DNA from: Anthoceros angustus
Lineage: Eukaryota; Plantae; Anthocerotophyta
NCBI GenBank assembly: GCA_010909165.1
Contig: MU008167.1
Span: 682,001 to 746,000, forward strand
Direction of reading: 5' to 3'
DNA: 64,000 nt
Position numbers and translations under genes: made by a program. The stretch's first letter is position 1. The number at the start of each line of letters is the position of its first letter. Below, in pieces: positions 23,911 to 36,200 of this stretch. The notes beneath the pieces were generated by a model. That model searched no databases. It was not told the origin of the DNA and saw nothing but the letters and a program-made list of their open reading frames with translations.

Positions 23911-25299
23911 ACACATGGAGACTTATGGGGTGTTGGTTAAGGATTTTGATAAATTTATCAAGTCTTGTGTTAGAGCTTATCATGCACGCTAACATGGAAC
24001 ATGGTTATCTCTCCTACTTCAAGGCATTCTTTCGGCAGTGAGTGTCCAAAGGGGGCACTTGCGGGTACGATTTTTAAGACGACCACGACATCATATGATG
24101 CATCCTCAACAACCTTTGTAGTATGTAGGTCATTTAACCTTCCTAGTTATGACATCTTAGGCGCCATAAGCTACTCTAGACATTTAATGCAACCCTTGGG
24201 GTCTCCCTATGATGTTACATTATTTGACCAACATTACATAATAAAGCAATGCTTAATGCTAACTACAACTAGAAAATAAAGAGCATAGTCTACACCAAAC
24301 AATCAAGATTCTCGAATATATATCCGAGGTTGCAACCCAAGGGTAACATGTTAGTTTCGGATCTCAAGCTACCATTGTGTAAACATGTTGCAGCCACCGT
24401 AGTATCCCAGTATTCTCATTGCCAAATTCACCCTCATCCTCGCTAGCAACAAGTACAACAATGTACAACAAGTACCCGGTCCTTATGAAGCACAATAAGA
24501 ACATAAACATCCTCCATAGGTTGTAGATTCAGAAATCCGTCACAAATGCACACATTGTTCTAAAGAGCCCTCGTCAGCATGTTGGGAAATTAGTTTTACA
24601 TGTCAAACATGCTCCCTAAATCAACAACATAGTCTCAATACATACCTCGCAAATTGGCCCTGCCTTGACTCTCACCAACTCTCTTGTCCCAGCTTTACCC
24701 CAGTTGCTGGATCTCATTTTGAGTGGGTTGTTTTGTACTTTTTTTTACCTCTTTTTCTAATTTTTTTAACTAAATACCTTATCATCTTTAATTCATTAGG
24801 CTCCTTCATTTTAGTTTTTCTCATATTTTTGTGATATAATTGAATTATATTATTGCTCGTTTTAGGGAAAGCTATAGCTGGTTCTCACACCAGAACAACT
24901 TTGTTTTTGAGCAAACTTCACAACCTCACCATCTCAACCCAAGGAACCGTGACCACAAACAAAAGAGATGATTTGCAACCCATAAGATGAATATGAGCGG
25001 CAGACTCGCGCGGATGATCATATGGATTTTCAACCCATATGCATCTCAACCGAAGGAACCTTGACCACGAACAAAAGACATGATTTTCAACCCATGAGCC
25101 CGTTTGTAAGAAGAAGAAGAAGAATTTTATTAAAATCCATGCCATGAACTAACCATGGTTCTACTAACGAAGTTCAAAAGTGACAAGTGATGCTTGTAGG
25201 GATTGGATGCATTCTACCCCTTACCGGCTATTTGCCCGCACAAATGATGGTGGTGAGCGACGAAGGGGGCATGAGCGGCAGACTCGTACGAATGACCTA

Positions 25300-25650
25300 A
25301 TCAAGCCAGAGTACAGCATGCCAGCTTTAGATACCTCCTAATGGCCGTTGCTGCTCAAGCATCACGACGAGCTGGACATGAGGACGGCATATTACACTCA
25401 TGCTCCCACTGGATTCTCACCTCTCAAGCATCCTAAGACTGTTTGGTTTCATCAGGTATGGAATGATCAACTTGGACAAGCTGACAAATCCTAACTCGCA
25501 CAAAATTGTTACTTGCATTCGCAAGATACTGAGGGAACACAAAACAGGGCACAGCTGGACGCTAGATCCCTCATTGTGTGCATGGATTGGACTATGAGGC
25601 TTGTGAAGGCGCAGTAGGGCGCTAGGAAGAAGTATGCGTGTGTGCATGGC
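25300..25650 (+). pseudogene. CBF5: Dyskerin/CBF5 (H/ACA pseudouridine synthase) N-terminal fragment, intronless, with stops and frameshifts
   Basis: [42 protein letters not shown] / [41 protein letters not shown] / IVCMDWTMRLVKAQ*GARKKYACV match the conserved CBF5 N-terminus. Confidence 0.85.
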
Positions 25651-26269
25651 TTTGTGTGGTTTCGTGGCCCTGTTGGGCGCAGGGCTGCCTGCAACGAACC
25701 CCGTCCTTCTGCCACCGCATTTGGCAGGAGAAGCAAAGCCCTGCAGGATGCAGCGCTTGCTAATCCGCCTTCCCCTCGGGCGAGGAATGACAGCTAGGCC
25801 AAAGCCAACACATCCGGAAAACTTGAAAAGATCGTGCTGGAGTCATGTCCCTGAGACTTGCATCACCAAAAGAATTCATTGCCCCTCGTATTCATGTGGG
25901 TTTGTCGTCCGGCGCCCTTGCTCACGACAGACTTCACTCTTGCGTACCGGGAGCAGGCAAAGAGGTGACACGCGGATTCCCCAACCATGCTGCAACACGT
26001 CGGGAGATAAAGGTCAAATTTGAGTCCGTGACTCATAGCGAGAACGGACGTTGAGCCCAGTTAGGCGAGGATCATCCTGAATCTTTGCATCTGGTGTTGA
26101 ACAGTGGCCATATCCTCCTCGATATTTCAAGGATTATTTATACAAAATATTATAAAATGATATATTTAAATATTTTGAAAAATATATCCTAAATTTTTTT
26201 TAAACCTAAAGATATAGGATGAAATTTACCGTAAAAATCTCAGATTCAATGGATTTGGCAATATAGGGT

Positions 26270-26385
26270 TAAAGTTTATGGAGTCCTTGGACGACCAAAT
26301 ACTTGGAGTTAAAGCAGATGGAGTCCTTGGACGACCAAATACTTGGGGTTAAAGCTTATGGAGTCCTTCGACGACCAAATACTTC
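26270..26385 (+). repeat. ~41-bp tandem repeat x3 (ATGGAGTCCTTGGACGACCAAATACTTGG.GTTAAAG)
   Basis: Directly visible, next to an AT-rich tract. Confidence 0.85.
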
Positions 26386-27989
26386 CTTTCTTTAGCTGTA
26401 ATTTACCCAAATAAATTGTAGCCTCCAAATTCTTGGGATGTAATTTTGCCTCATTGACGACTATCGCAACATCTCTTAACGAGAGGAAAGGAGGTGATGG
26501 AGCAATTTTGCTGACAACGGAGGAGGAAGCCAAGGGATCGGCGCGGGGCGGGTCTGGAGCTTGCTCGTAACGCCTTGACGCCCGCGGTTTCTTCTCTCCT
26601 TCACCTTTAAACCTGAAAGTTGTGTTCCGAAATCAGGGATTGTGTGAGTGCATGGTTGGAAGCCTGTGGGCGAATTGAGGAAGGGAGAGAGAGAGAGAAG
26701 AGATCGGGTGAAGGAGAGATCAAATGCTGTACGCGATGCGAGGTGTGAGATCGTAAGTGGGAAGAGAAGGTGAGCGAATTGGAGCGTTAACAGTGGAGAA
26801 TTGTGTGTGATTTGAGAAACTCAAACCGGTGCTTGCAGTGGAAAGTGCACAAGGGAAACAACGTCTCTGGTAGAAACCGTGTGGGGGTGGCGCCCTTGTG
26901 TGTGTGTGTGTGTGTGTGAGGAGCGAGCGCGAGATATCCTAGGGACTTTTGGCCTCTAGGGAACGGAGTGCGCAAGGGGTGTAGAGTGCAGAATAACATC
27001 GATGCAGCGGCAGCCGTGGCGGATGGCGCCCGCACACGGAAGATGAGTTACTAGGGTTTGGTGTGGGACCCACCTCGGTGGTTGTAGCAACTACTCGATG
27101 AGTGGCTCGGAGCAGGTCGTGGGCGAGATTTGAGGTCGAGGAGTTAGGTCCGTGGTAGTTGGGTAAGGCAGGTGGCCGTAGTAGAAGATAGGTGTAAAGA
27201 GTAGTAGCGGTCCAGTCAGGCTTAGGCAAGGTTGGTAGCGATAGAAGGTAGCGTCTTTTGGCACAAACCATTCCCTTGGGAGCGAATCCCAGGACTACAA
27301 CGACATGGAGGGTAAATGTGGACCTCACCGTGCCCCACGACATGGGTCGTCAACCCACACGTGGGCCGAGCTCCAAATGCAAACCATGCCACTCTCATTC
27401 TCGCACTGCACGCGGATCAAGAGCATCAGGTCAATGAAGATATTATTGTCCCAATGTCTAAGAAACAAAGTCCTGTAAAATTCTCAGAGCGAGAGTATAG
27501 TTTTAGGATTGACCGGTATGAATAAAAGGTTGGTACGCAAACAAGTTTGCGCACCAAAATTACAGCAAGCCTTAAAAACTCTAAATGTTTGTATACGTGC
27601 CGGTTGTGAGAATGACCTTCTTTTAGGAAGGCTCAGAATTGGATAAAGTTTAAAATCAAATACGTTTGTGCATGCGTAAACAAGACCTAAACTCTTCAAA
27701 AGAGCTGTTTTTAGTGCGGATTTTTTAGCATGCAATTTGGGGTTGGCGGAAGTCCGTGTGGAGAAAGGGGTTACTGGAGAAACCCCTTTCTACTCAGACG
27801 CTATTATATGCATGGTTCATGGCTAACCATCTCAACATTTTCTTCTCGGAGGAGACATCTCTCAGCATGCGATGGAATGCGTTTCTAGTCTCTCTCTTTG
27901 CAGGCCAACAGAGAGTTGATCAAAGCCCAGATTTCGTTCATATTCATCTGTGAATGGATGATTAAAGCTGGAAAGCAACTTGCTAGGGA

Positions 27990-28109
27990 CCTCAATCCCT
28001 GACTCAATCCTACTCAATCCTGACTCAATCAAACTGACTCAATCCCTGCTGGCTGACATGGGCAGGCCCATGTCAGCCAGTAGGGATTGAGTCAACCCTA
28101 AACCCTAAC
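27990..28109. other. TGACTCAATCC short repeats + 29-bp-arm palindrome (28035-28094) + AACCCTAAACCCTAA
   Basis: The arms TGACTCAATCCCTGCTGGCTGACATGGGC / GCCCATGTCAGCCAGTAGGGATTGAGTCA have one mismatch and a 2-nt loop. Noisier copies lie at ~32030 and ~34120-34220. Confidence 0.85.
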
Positions 28110-29299
28110 ATGGCTAGGCCGCTTTACATTGAGAAGTTGTTGAAACTAGCCGCTTTCACTGAATCCAGCAATGAGAAGGACCATACACATAGCATCCGCC
28201 CGAAACCTCGCATCAATAGATCGAGGGACCGTCTCCTTAGCGCACCAGACACTTTGTGTCTCCTTCCCCTGACACTTATGTTGGCTCTATTCCCTCTTCA
28301 GGGCCAGATTCCAAAAACTTAGGCGGCAAGGAACGCACTTTAAGGAGTTTCTCCATCCCAACAGCAGGATCCTCAGCGAAAGCACAAGCAAGCTTCACCC
28401 AATCGTCAAGTGTGAGCACATCCATCAGTTGAGGTGCAGTACTGTCGATCATGCAATCTTCAACTGCTTCTTTATCGAGATGAATCACACTTTGATAGAA
28501 AGCATGTTCATCCACCGAAGCAATAATTGCTTGAACAACAAGGGAAGGCACGATGCCACCATAATTTCTAGGATAGCCCGAGGCCACCAGATTTGTATCC
28601 CAGACGATCTCATCCCGTCACACTCAATCAATTAAAAAAGTGAGAAACTAAGCCAAGGAGCAGCAAGCTGATCAGGTGCCAGACTGATCACAAGACATGC
28701 GTGTATGTGCATATATACAAGCCACAATGAATTGCCACTTGCCTCGTTTGAGGACTTGCACGACTCACTGGAATCAGCTCAAACTTTTTATGGTGTTTGA
28801 GACTCACGGGCAATTAGCTGCAAATGATCGCGGATGGGCAAATGAAATACATTGCATGTGAAATCAACAAGAGTTCAGAGCAAAGCAGGCAACTAGCTAG
28901 GGTGTGGCACCTAACATCTTTGGAAGTCACCAAAAAAGCCTGTAAAATACGACATTGTATGTATAGAGCATGAGTTCATCCAGGTTAGTTATGGAATACT
29001 TGCACCACAAATGCCATCATCCAAAGAAGATATGTAGTGTGCACCATCATGCTATTTAAGAAACATGAAACACACACCATGCCCCACATACCTCATGACT
29101 GTGATGAGAGAAAAAATCAGCGGCAAGGAAAACTCCAGGAACATCCCAAGCACACCAAGCCTGCAGACGTCCTAGATTGCTGTAAAGACCCAGGGCCAGC
29201 TGTTGGTGGGGCAGCAGCAGCTGGTATGCACAACTATTCGTCAGAGCAACGGAGTGGGGTACTTACTGGCTTTGATCTTGTACTGGGCAGAACTTGCGT

Positions 29300-30540
29300 T
29301 TTGCCTCATGTGACTGGAAGTAAATTGAGTACTTCATTACAACATACATTTGCTCCTGGGAAACATCTGTGAGAAAGAAAATGCCTTATGGTATTTAGCG
29401 ATTTCTTTGCGTTGGAATCCATTAGCGAAAGTGTCCACCAGCACCATGATCTCATAAAGGGCATGGGCAACGTCAGAGTTGAAATTAAGCAAGGGGAATA
29501 CTTGAGACAATACCACTTTATTGGCTTGTCCAACAACACGGTTAGACATGAAGTGAATGAACTGGGCAAAGCGAAAAGGAAGGTCTCTCCTTCTGTCATA
29601 CTTTCTAAAGGAAAAGTATCTAATAGTAGGAGATTTCAAAATGAAATGACAGGAAGTGAGCCTTAGTTCCAACAAGAATACCTCTAGAGTTTTGGCTAGA
29701 GTCTTGAGCTTCAAGTTGAATGGTTATGACATTTAGAGGGTAAATCCAAAAGGAGGAATCTACCCTTCTTTCCACTGTGGGATCCAAGAAAGTGAAGGAT
29801 CGTGTGGCAGCCCATGATGGTGGAAAGAGGAGAGGAGAGGAGGAGGCAGGAGTAGCTCTCTCACATTGAGATGAGGCTTGGAGGGTATTTATACCTTCCA
29901 ATAGGGCTCCCTAGGAAGCTCCACAAGAAGCCCCTAGGAAGGAGCACAAGAAGCTTCCTAGTGATTAGCTTAAGCTAAACTAATGATACTTAACTGACAC
30001 CTAACTTAGACTAAGTGTATTAGTCTAAGTATATTGGGCTTTAATACCCTTACAGAAAGCTTGGGGAAAACTTGAATTCATTATACAGATGTCATCCATA
30101 TAGTGATGAGCATAAACAAAGGGCCGCATTAGATCTGTTTCCCATAATCGTGCAAGCCGTTGGATGAAGGCAGACTCGTAATGAAAGAAGTAGAGATTAC
30201 ACCAGATAGGTGAACATGAGAATCCCATTGGAATACCAAGTTTCAACCTCCATACTTTCTCCCCAAGCTGGACATAACAATTTTTCATAAGCCAACAATG
30301 AAGCTCAATGAGGCGTTGTTGAGACAGTTCAATATAAGTGTCATGTGCACTTACTAGTGGTTTTCTTGCCCAGAGCATTAGAAAATGCCATTAGTACTGT
30401 TGAGTATGATGAACAGGTCTTGTTTGTGCCCAATAGATTTAGCAGCCTGTTTGAAAGCCAACTTGACACATGCTGATATTGTAGTTAGGAGGGAGTCTTC
30501 TCCTTCCGTGAATGGCTTCATAACATCTTGTGAGGATCCA
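29300..30540 (-). mobile_element. Penelope-like retroelement RT, core to thumb (Naiad/Chlamys-like), frameshifted; further thumb copies at 35880-36318 and 36998-37590
   Basis: GIPMGFSCSPIWCNLYFFHYE, YMDDI, FTFLD, KYDRRRDLPFRFAQFIHFMSN...SQVF...NGFQR. Confidence 0.8.
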
Positions 30541-32397
30541 TGGCGCCGCACGGAAAGATGAGTTACTAGGGTTTGGTGTGGGACCCACCTCGGTGGTTGT
30601 AGCAACTACTCGGTGGTGGCTCGGAGCAGTGGAGCGAGATTTGAGGTCGAGGAGTTAGGTCCGTGGTAGTTGGGTGGACGGGGAGGTAGCCGTAGTAGAA
30701 GATAGGTGTAAAGAGTAGTAGCGGTCGTCGAGGCTTAGGCAAAGGTTGGTAGCGATAGAAGGTAGTCTTTTGGCACAAACCATTCCCTTGGGAGCGAATC
30801 CCGGGACTACGACATGGAGGGTAAATGTGGACCTCACGTGCCCCACGACATGGGTCGTCAACCCACACGGCGAGCTCCAAATGCAAACCATGCCACTCTC
30901 ATTCTACTTGCTGCAGCGGATCAAGAGCATCAGTCAATGAAGATATTATTGTCCCAATGTCTAAGAAACAAAGTCCATAAAATTCTCGGAGCGAGTATAG
31001 TTTTAGGATTGACCGTATGAATAAAGGTTGAATGCAAACAAGTTTACGCACCAAAATTACAACAAGCCTTAAAAACTCTAAATGTTTGTATCGTGCGGTT
31101 GTGAGAATGACCTTCTTTTAGGAAGGCTCGAGTGGATAAAGTTTAAAATCAAATACGTTTGTGCATGCGTAAACAAGACCTAAACTCTTCAAAGAGGCTT
31201 TAGTGCGGATTTTTAGCATGCAATTTGGGGTTAATCCGGTGTGGAGAAAGGGGTTCTTGGAGAAACCCTTTCTACTCGACGCTATTATATGCATGGTTCA
31301 TGGCTAACCATCTCAACATTTTCTTCTGAGGAGACATCTCTCGACATGCGATGGAATGCGTTTCTAGTCTCTCTCTCTTTGAATAGAGTTGATCAAAGCC
31401 AGTTCGGAATTAAGACAGGAATAGGAGGGGGCGAGGGGCGGAGTAGAAACGAATCATACGAATAATAAAATGATAAATTTTCACTTTTGTTTTTCTTTTT
31501 GTAATGGTACTTTTCTCATATAAAAAACTGAAGAAGAGTAAGACATGAATTTCTTACACAAGATTATTATCATAAACGAGATGAATCGATGAATATTTTG
31601 GAGAAGAAAAGAAAGCGGGAGTATGCATAATCCACTTGTATGGGCTATAGGCTTATGGTATGGTGAGATACGCGGGAAGAAAGCCCGCCTTGCTAGCGTA
31701 GCGTAGTCGATACAAAAACTGGTGCCACACTTCAAAGTTCGGGGTCTGTTGCCCTGTCATATGCATTCGCGTTGTTCCAGCTTGTGTTTCCACGCTCCTA
31801 TCGTGGTTGGTGTCCTTCCTCAGGATGGCCGGCAGAGGTTACAGTGTTTCAGGTAAGTCAGCTTGCAGACTCCTGATCGCAGTGAGGAGAAGAGAAGGAG
31901 AGGAAGAAGCAAAGTGTGCGGCTTCCCAGGGTGAGGCGGCCAAACTCTCATGGCTTCTGGAAGAAGTGTATCGTTGTTAGCGGGCAATGGCTGATGCGGA
32001 GGCGATGCCAATGGAGGCCAGGCGGGCCATGTCACCAGAGGGATTGAGTCAACTAAACCCTAACATGGCTAGGCCGCTTACATTGAGAAGTTGTTGAAAC
32101 TAGCCGCTTTCAATCCAAAGAATGATAGGAAGGACCATACATAGCATCATAAACGAGATGAATCGATGAATATTTTGGAGAAGAAAAGCGGGAGTATGCA
32201 TAATCCACTTGTATGGGCTATAGGCTTATGGTATGGTGAGATACGCGGGAAGAAAGCCCGCCTTGCTAGCGTAGCGTAGTCGATACAAAAACTGGTGCCA
32301 CACTTCAAAGTTCGGGGTCTGTTGCCCTGTCATATGCATTCGCGTTGTTCCAGCTTGTGTTTCCACGCTCCTATCGTGGTTGGTGTCCTTCCTCAGG

Positions 32398-33255
32398 ATG
32401 GCCGGCAGAGGTTACGGTGTTTCGGGTAAGTCAGGGCCGTTGCAGACTCCTGATCGCAGTGAGGGAGAAGAGAAGGAGAGGAAGAAGCAAAAGTGTGCGG
32501 CTTCCCAGGGTGAGGCGGCCAAACTCTCTCTCATGGCTTCTGGAAGAAGTGTATCGTTGTTAGCGGGGGCAATGGCTGATGCGGAGGCGATGCCAATGGA
32601 GGGCCAGGCGGGCCAAGGCTCGAGAAACGGAGCGGAGCTGCCTTGGACTGCTCCTGGTGGCGAAATCCAGAACAGTTTCTCGGCCGGATGCAGCTCCGTG
32701 GTGGCGAGTGGAACTTCGTCCCAGCCTGTCTCCGGTGATGCAGCTGGGAAGGCTGACGGCAGTGGAGTGGATCCGGATTTTGACTACGATGACGAATTTT
32801 GGAACTCAGTGGACATGACTGCAATGGATGCGCTCGTCGAAGAGACGCTTGCGGCGAACGCTCGGCGGCGAGCCGAGGAGTCTGAAATGGAGAGAAGGAA
32901 GGGGAAAGCCATCCTAACAGCTGGGAGTGAGGATGATTCTGCTGCAGGAGGCACACGGCTTCGTGGAGGTCCCGGCGCCTCTTTCCAGTCCGCAAGCAGT
33001 CTCCCCAGGGACAGGGAGGAGCCTGGGCAAGGGAATGCGATGGCGCAGACAGCTGCCCGTACGCAGCCAAGAGGAGGTGTGCCGATGCAGGCTGCGAGCA
33101 ACGGCGCTTCCAGCTCTGCGGGCAATCAGAACCCTGGTAGAGTGAATCTGTCTTCAGCGCTTCATGAAATTTTCTTCGGGGCCGAAGATCAAGAGGGCAA
33201 CAACCGTCCCGGCTTTCCACCTGCTGCGTTCTATGCTCAAGGGAATGGAGGTGCG
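32398..33255 (+). CDS. Unknown low-complexity protein 'X'. Its C-terminal part is at ~42005-42244; partial copies lie at 31.8, 34.5, 40.4-41.1 and 41.7-42.2 kb.
   Basis: Long open frame (reconstructed ~360 aa), Gly/Ala/Ser-rich, with the acidic motif DFDYDDEFWNSVDMTAMDALVEETLAA and a basic end AFKAPRRK*. No family recognised. Confidence 0.45.
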
Positions 33256-36200
33256 ATCGCATCGATCATGCAATCTTCAACTGCTTCTTTATCGAGATGA
33301 ATCACACTTTGATAGAAAGCATGTTCATCCACCGAAGCAATAATTGCTTGAACAACAAGGGAAGGCACGATGCCACCATAATTTCTAGGATAGCCCGAGG
33401 CCACCAGATTTGTATCCCAGACGATCTCATCCCGTCACACTCAATCAATTAAAAAAGTGAGAAACTAAGCCAAGGAGGCGACAAAAATCAAATACGTTTG
33501 TGCATGCGTAAACAAGACCTAAACTCTTCAAAGAGGCTTTAGTGCGGATTTTTAGCATGCAATTTGGGGTTAATCCGGTGTGGAGAAAGGGGTCCGGCCG
33601 AGCTCTCAATCGCGGGTCCCAGCTGTGGCCTGTGGACAGCCGCCAGCGGCCTTCAAAGCTCCTCGTAGGAAATGAGTACGTCCCCTAACTGAAGAGTGGT
33701 GTGGGTTCTTCTGTTGCCTAGTGAGTTATCCGTGCTCATCCAACTTCTATATGCCTTTTCAGGTGAGGTGGAGGTAGTTTTAAGAAGCGCCCTTTGTTCA
33801 AACATCCCGGCGGTAGTGCAGTAGGATAACAATGTCTCTACAGGCTTTGCAACGGACGCGTTCTGTCTCGTCTAACTGGTCTGTCCGTCTTCTCCAGTGA
33901 TTAGACCCTACTTGATCTCGTATGCTTTTCCTCTGTCAGAAGGTGTCACTCTCCTTCAAAGTGGTAGATCGAGCACATTTTCTTCTGAGGAGACATCTCT
34001 CGACATGCGATGGAATGCGTTTCTAGTCTCTCTCTCTTTGAATAGAGTTGATCAAAGCCAGTTCGTTCATATTCATCATGAATGGATGATTAAAGCGGAA
34101 AGCAACTTGCTAGGGACCTCAATCCGACTCAATCCTACTCAATCGACTCAATCAAGCGACTCAATCCTGCGGTGACATGGGCGGGCCATGTCACCAGAGG
34201 GATTGAGTCAACTAAACCCTAACATGGCTAGGCCGCTTACATTGAGAAGTTGTTGAAACTAGCCGCTTTCAATCCAAAGAATGATAGGAAGGACCATACA
34301 TAGCATCATAAACCTCGCATCAATAGATCGAGGGACCGTCTCCTTAGCGCACCAGACACTTTGTGTCTCCTTCCCCTGACACTTATGTTGGCTCTATTCC
34401 CTCTTCAGGGCCAGATTCCAAAAACTTAGGCAGCAAGGAACGCACTTTAAGGAGTTTCTCCATCCCAACAGCAGGATCCTCAGCGAAAGCACAAGCAAGC
34501 TTCACCCAATCGTCAAGTGTGAGCACATCCATCAGTTGAGGTGCGAACAATGCTCAGCGTTTTCGTCCACCTGGAAGAGCTGTTAATGCTCGCATGCACA
34601 GGCGTCCCGCTGCCGCCCCTGCCCAGCCGAGGGCTATGCGTGGCCTTCCCGCCGGCTCCAATGATCAGCAGTCCAATGCCAACTTCGAAAGGGGTCCGGC
34701 CGAGCTCTCAATCGCGGGTCCCAGCTGTGGCCTGTGGACAGCCGCCAGCGGCCTTCAAAGCTCCTCGTAGGAAATGAGTACGTCCCCTAACTGAAGAGTG
34801 GTGTGGGTTCTTCTGTTGCCTAGTGAGTTATCCGTGCTCATCCAACTTCTATATGCCTTTTCAGGTGAGGTGGAGGTAGTTTTAAGAAGCGCCCTTTGTT
34901 CAAACATCCCGGCGGTAGTGCAGTAGGATAACAATGTCTCTACAGGCTTTGCAACGGACGCGTTCTGTCTCGTCTAACTGGTCTGTCCGTCTTCTCCAGT
35001 GATTAGACCCTACTTGATCTCGTATGCTTTTCCTCTGTCAGAAGGTGTCACTCTCCTTCAAAGTGGTAGATCGAGCACATTTTCTAATTGCTCAACGGGA
35101 TGTATCAAATGTGTTCTGCAGCTTCTCCATTTTGGCGTTTTGGATGTGTGTTTGCGGAGGAAGCCATTTTCATCAGTTCTATGCCTGTTCTTCGCTGGTT
35201 CTCTTCACGAGACCTCTGACTGGTAGCAGAGGTGAAAAGTGAAGGCAACCGATGCATGGGTCGATTCTCAGAAGCACAGCAGCAAAGGAGGAGCACACAG
35301 GATTGTATGAGTCCAGCAAGTCTGCTGGGAGTGACCTTGAGCGTCACAGTTTGTATCCCGAGACGATCTCATCCGTCACACTCAATCAATTAAAAAGTGA
35401 AGGCAACCGATGCATAGGTCGATTCTCAGAAGCACAGCAGCAAAGGAGGAGCACACAGGATTGTATGAGTCCAGCAAGTCTGCTGGGAGTGACCTTGAGC
35501 GTCACAGTTTGACCATCTGGTAAAGATTACTTTTCAAATTGTTTCGCCTCTCCGTTCGTGCAGACGCTCTCCCCAAACTCCAGTTTCACCTGAGTTTGTC
35601 TGGGCATTAGGGTTTATCCTGCTCCCAAAGAAGATATGTAGTGTGCACCATCATGCTATTTAAGAAACATGACACACACCATGCCCCACATACCTCATGA
35701 CGTGATGAGAGAAAAATGACGGCAAGGAAAACTCAGGAACATCCCAAGCACACCAAGCTGCAGACGTCCTAGATTCACAGACCCGGGGGCATTGGTGGGG
35801 CGTGCTGGTATGCACAACTATTAAATCGAACAGCGTGGGGTACTAGCTTTGATCTTGTCTTTGGTAACTTGCGTTTTGCCTCATGTGACTGGAAGTAAAT
35901 TGAGTACTTCATTACAACATACATTTGCTCCTGGGAAACATCTGTGAGAAAGAAAATGCCTTATGGTATTTAGCGATTTGCTGCGTTGGAATCCATTGGC
36001 GACGAAAGTGTCCACCAGCACCATGATCTCATAAAGGGCATGGGCAACGTCAGAGTTGAAATTAAGCAAGGGGAATACTTGAGACAATACCACTTTATTG
36101 GCTTGTCCAACAACACGGTTAGACATGAAGTGAATGAACTGGGCAAAGCGAAAAGGAAGGTCTCTCCTTCTGTCATACTTTCTAAAGGAAAAGTATCTAA

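Noticed and set aside
26270-26385. CRISPR-like array (also considered for 5.3-5.5 kb and 55.8-56.0 kb)
   Set aside because: Head-to-tail tandem repeats without unique spacers, in a eukaryotic context with no cas genes.
27040-27990. Block read as an L1-LINE C-terminus (ILWTLFLRHWDNNIF)
   Set aside because: A single weak motif in noisy, stop-ridden frames; left unassigned.
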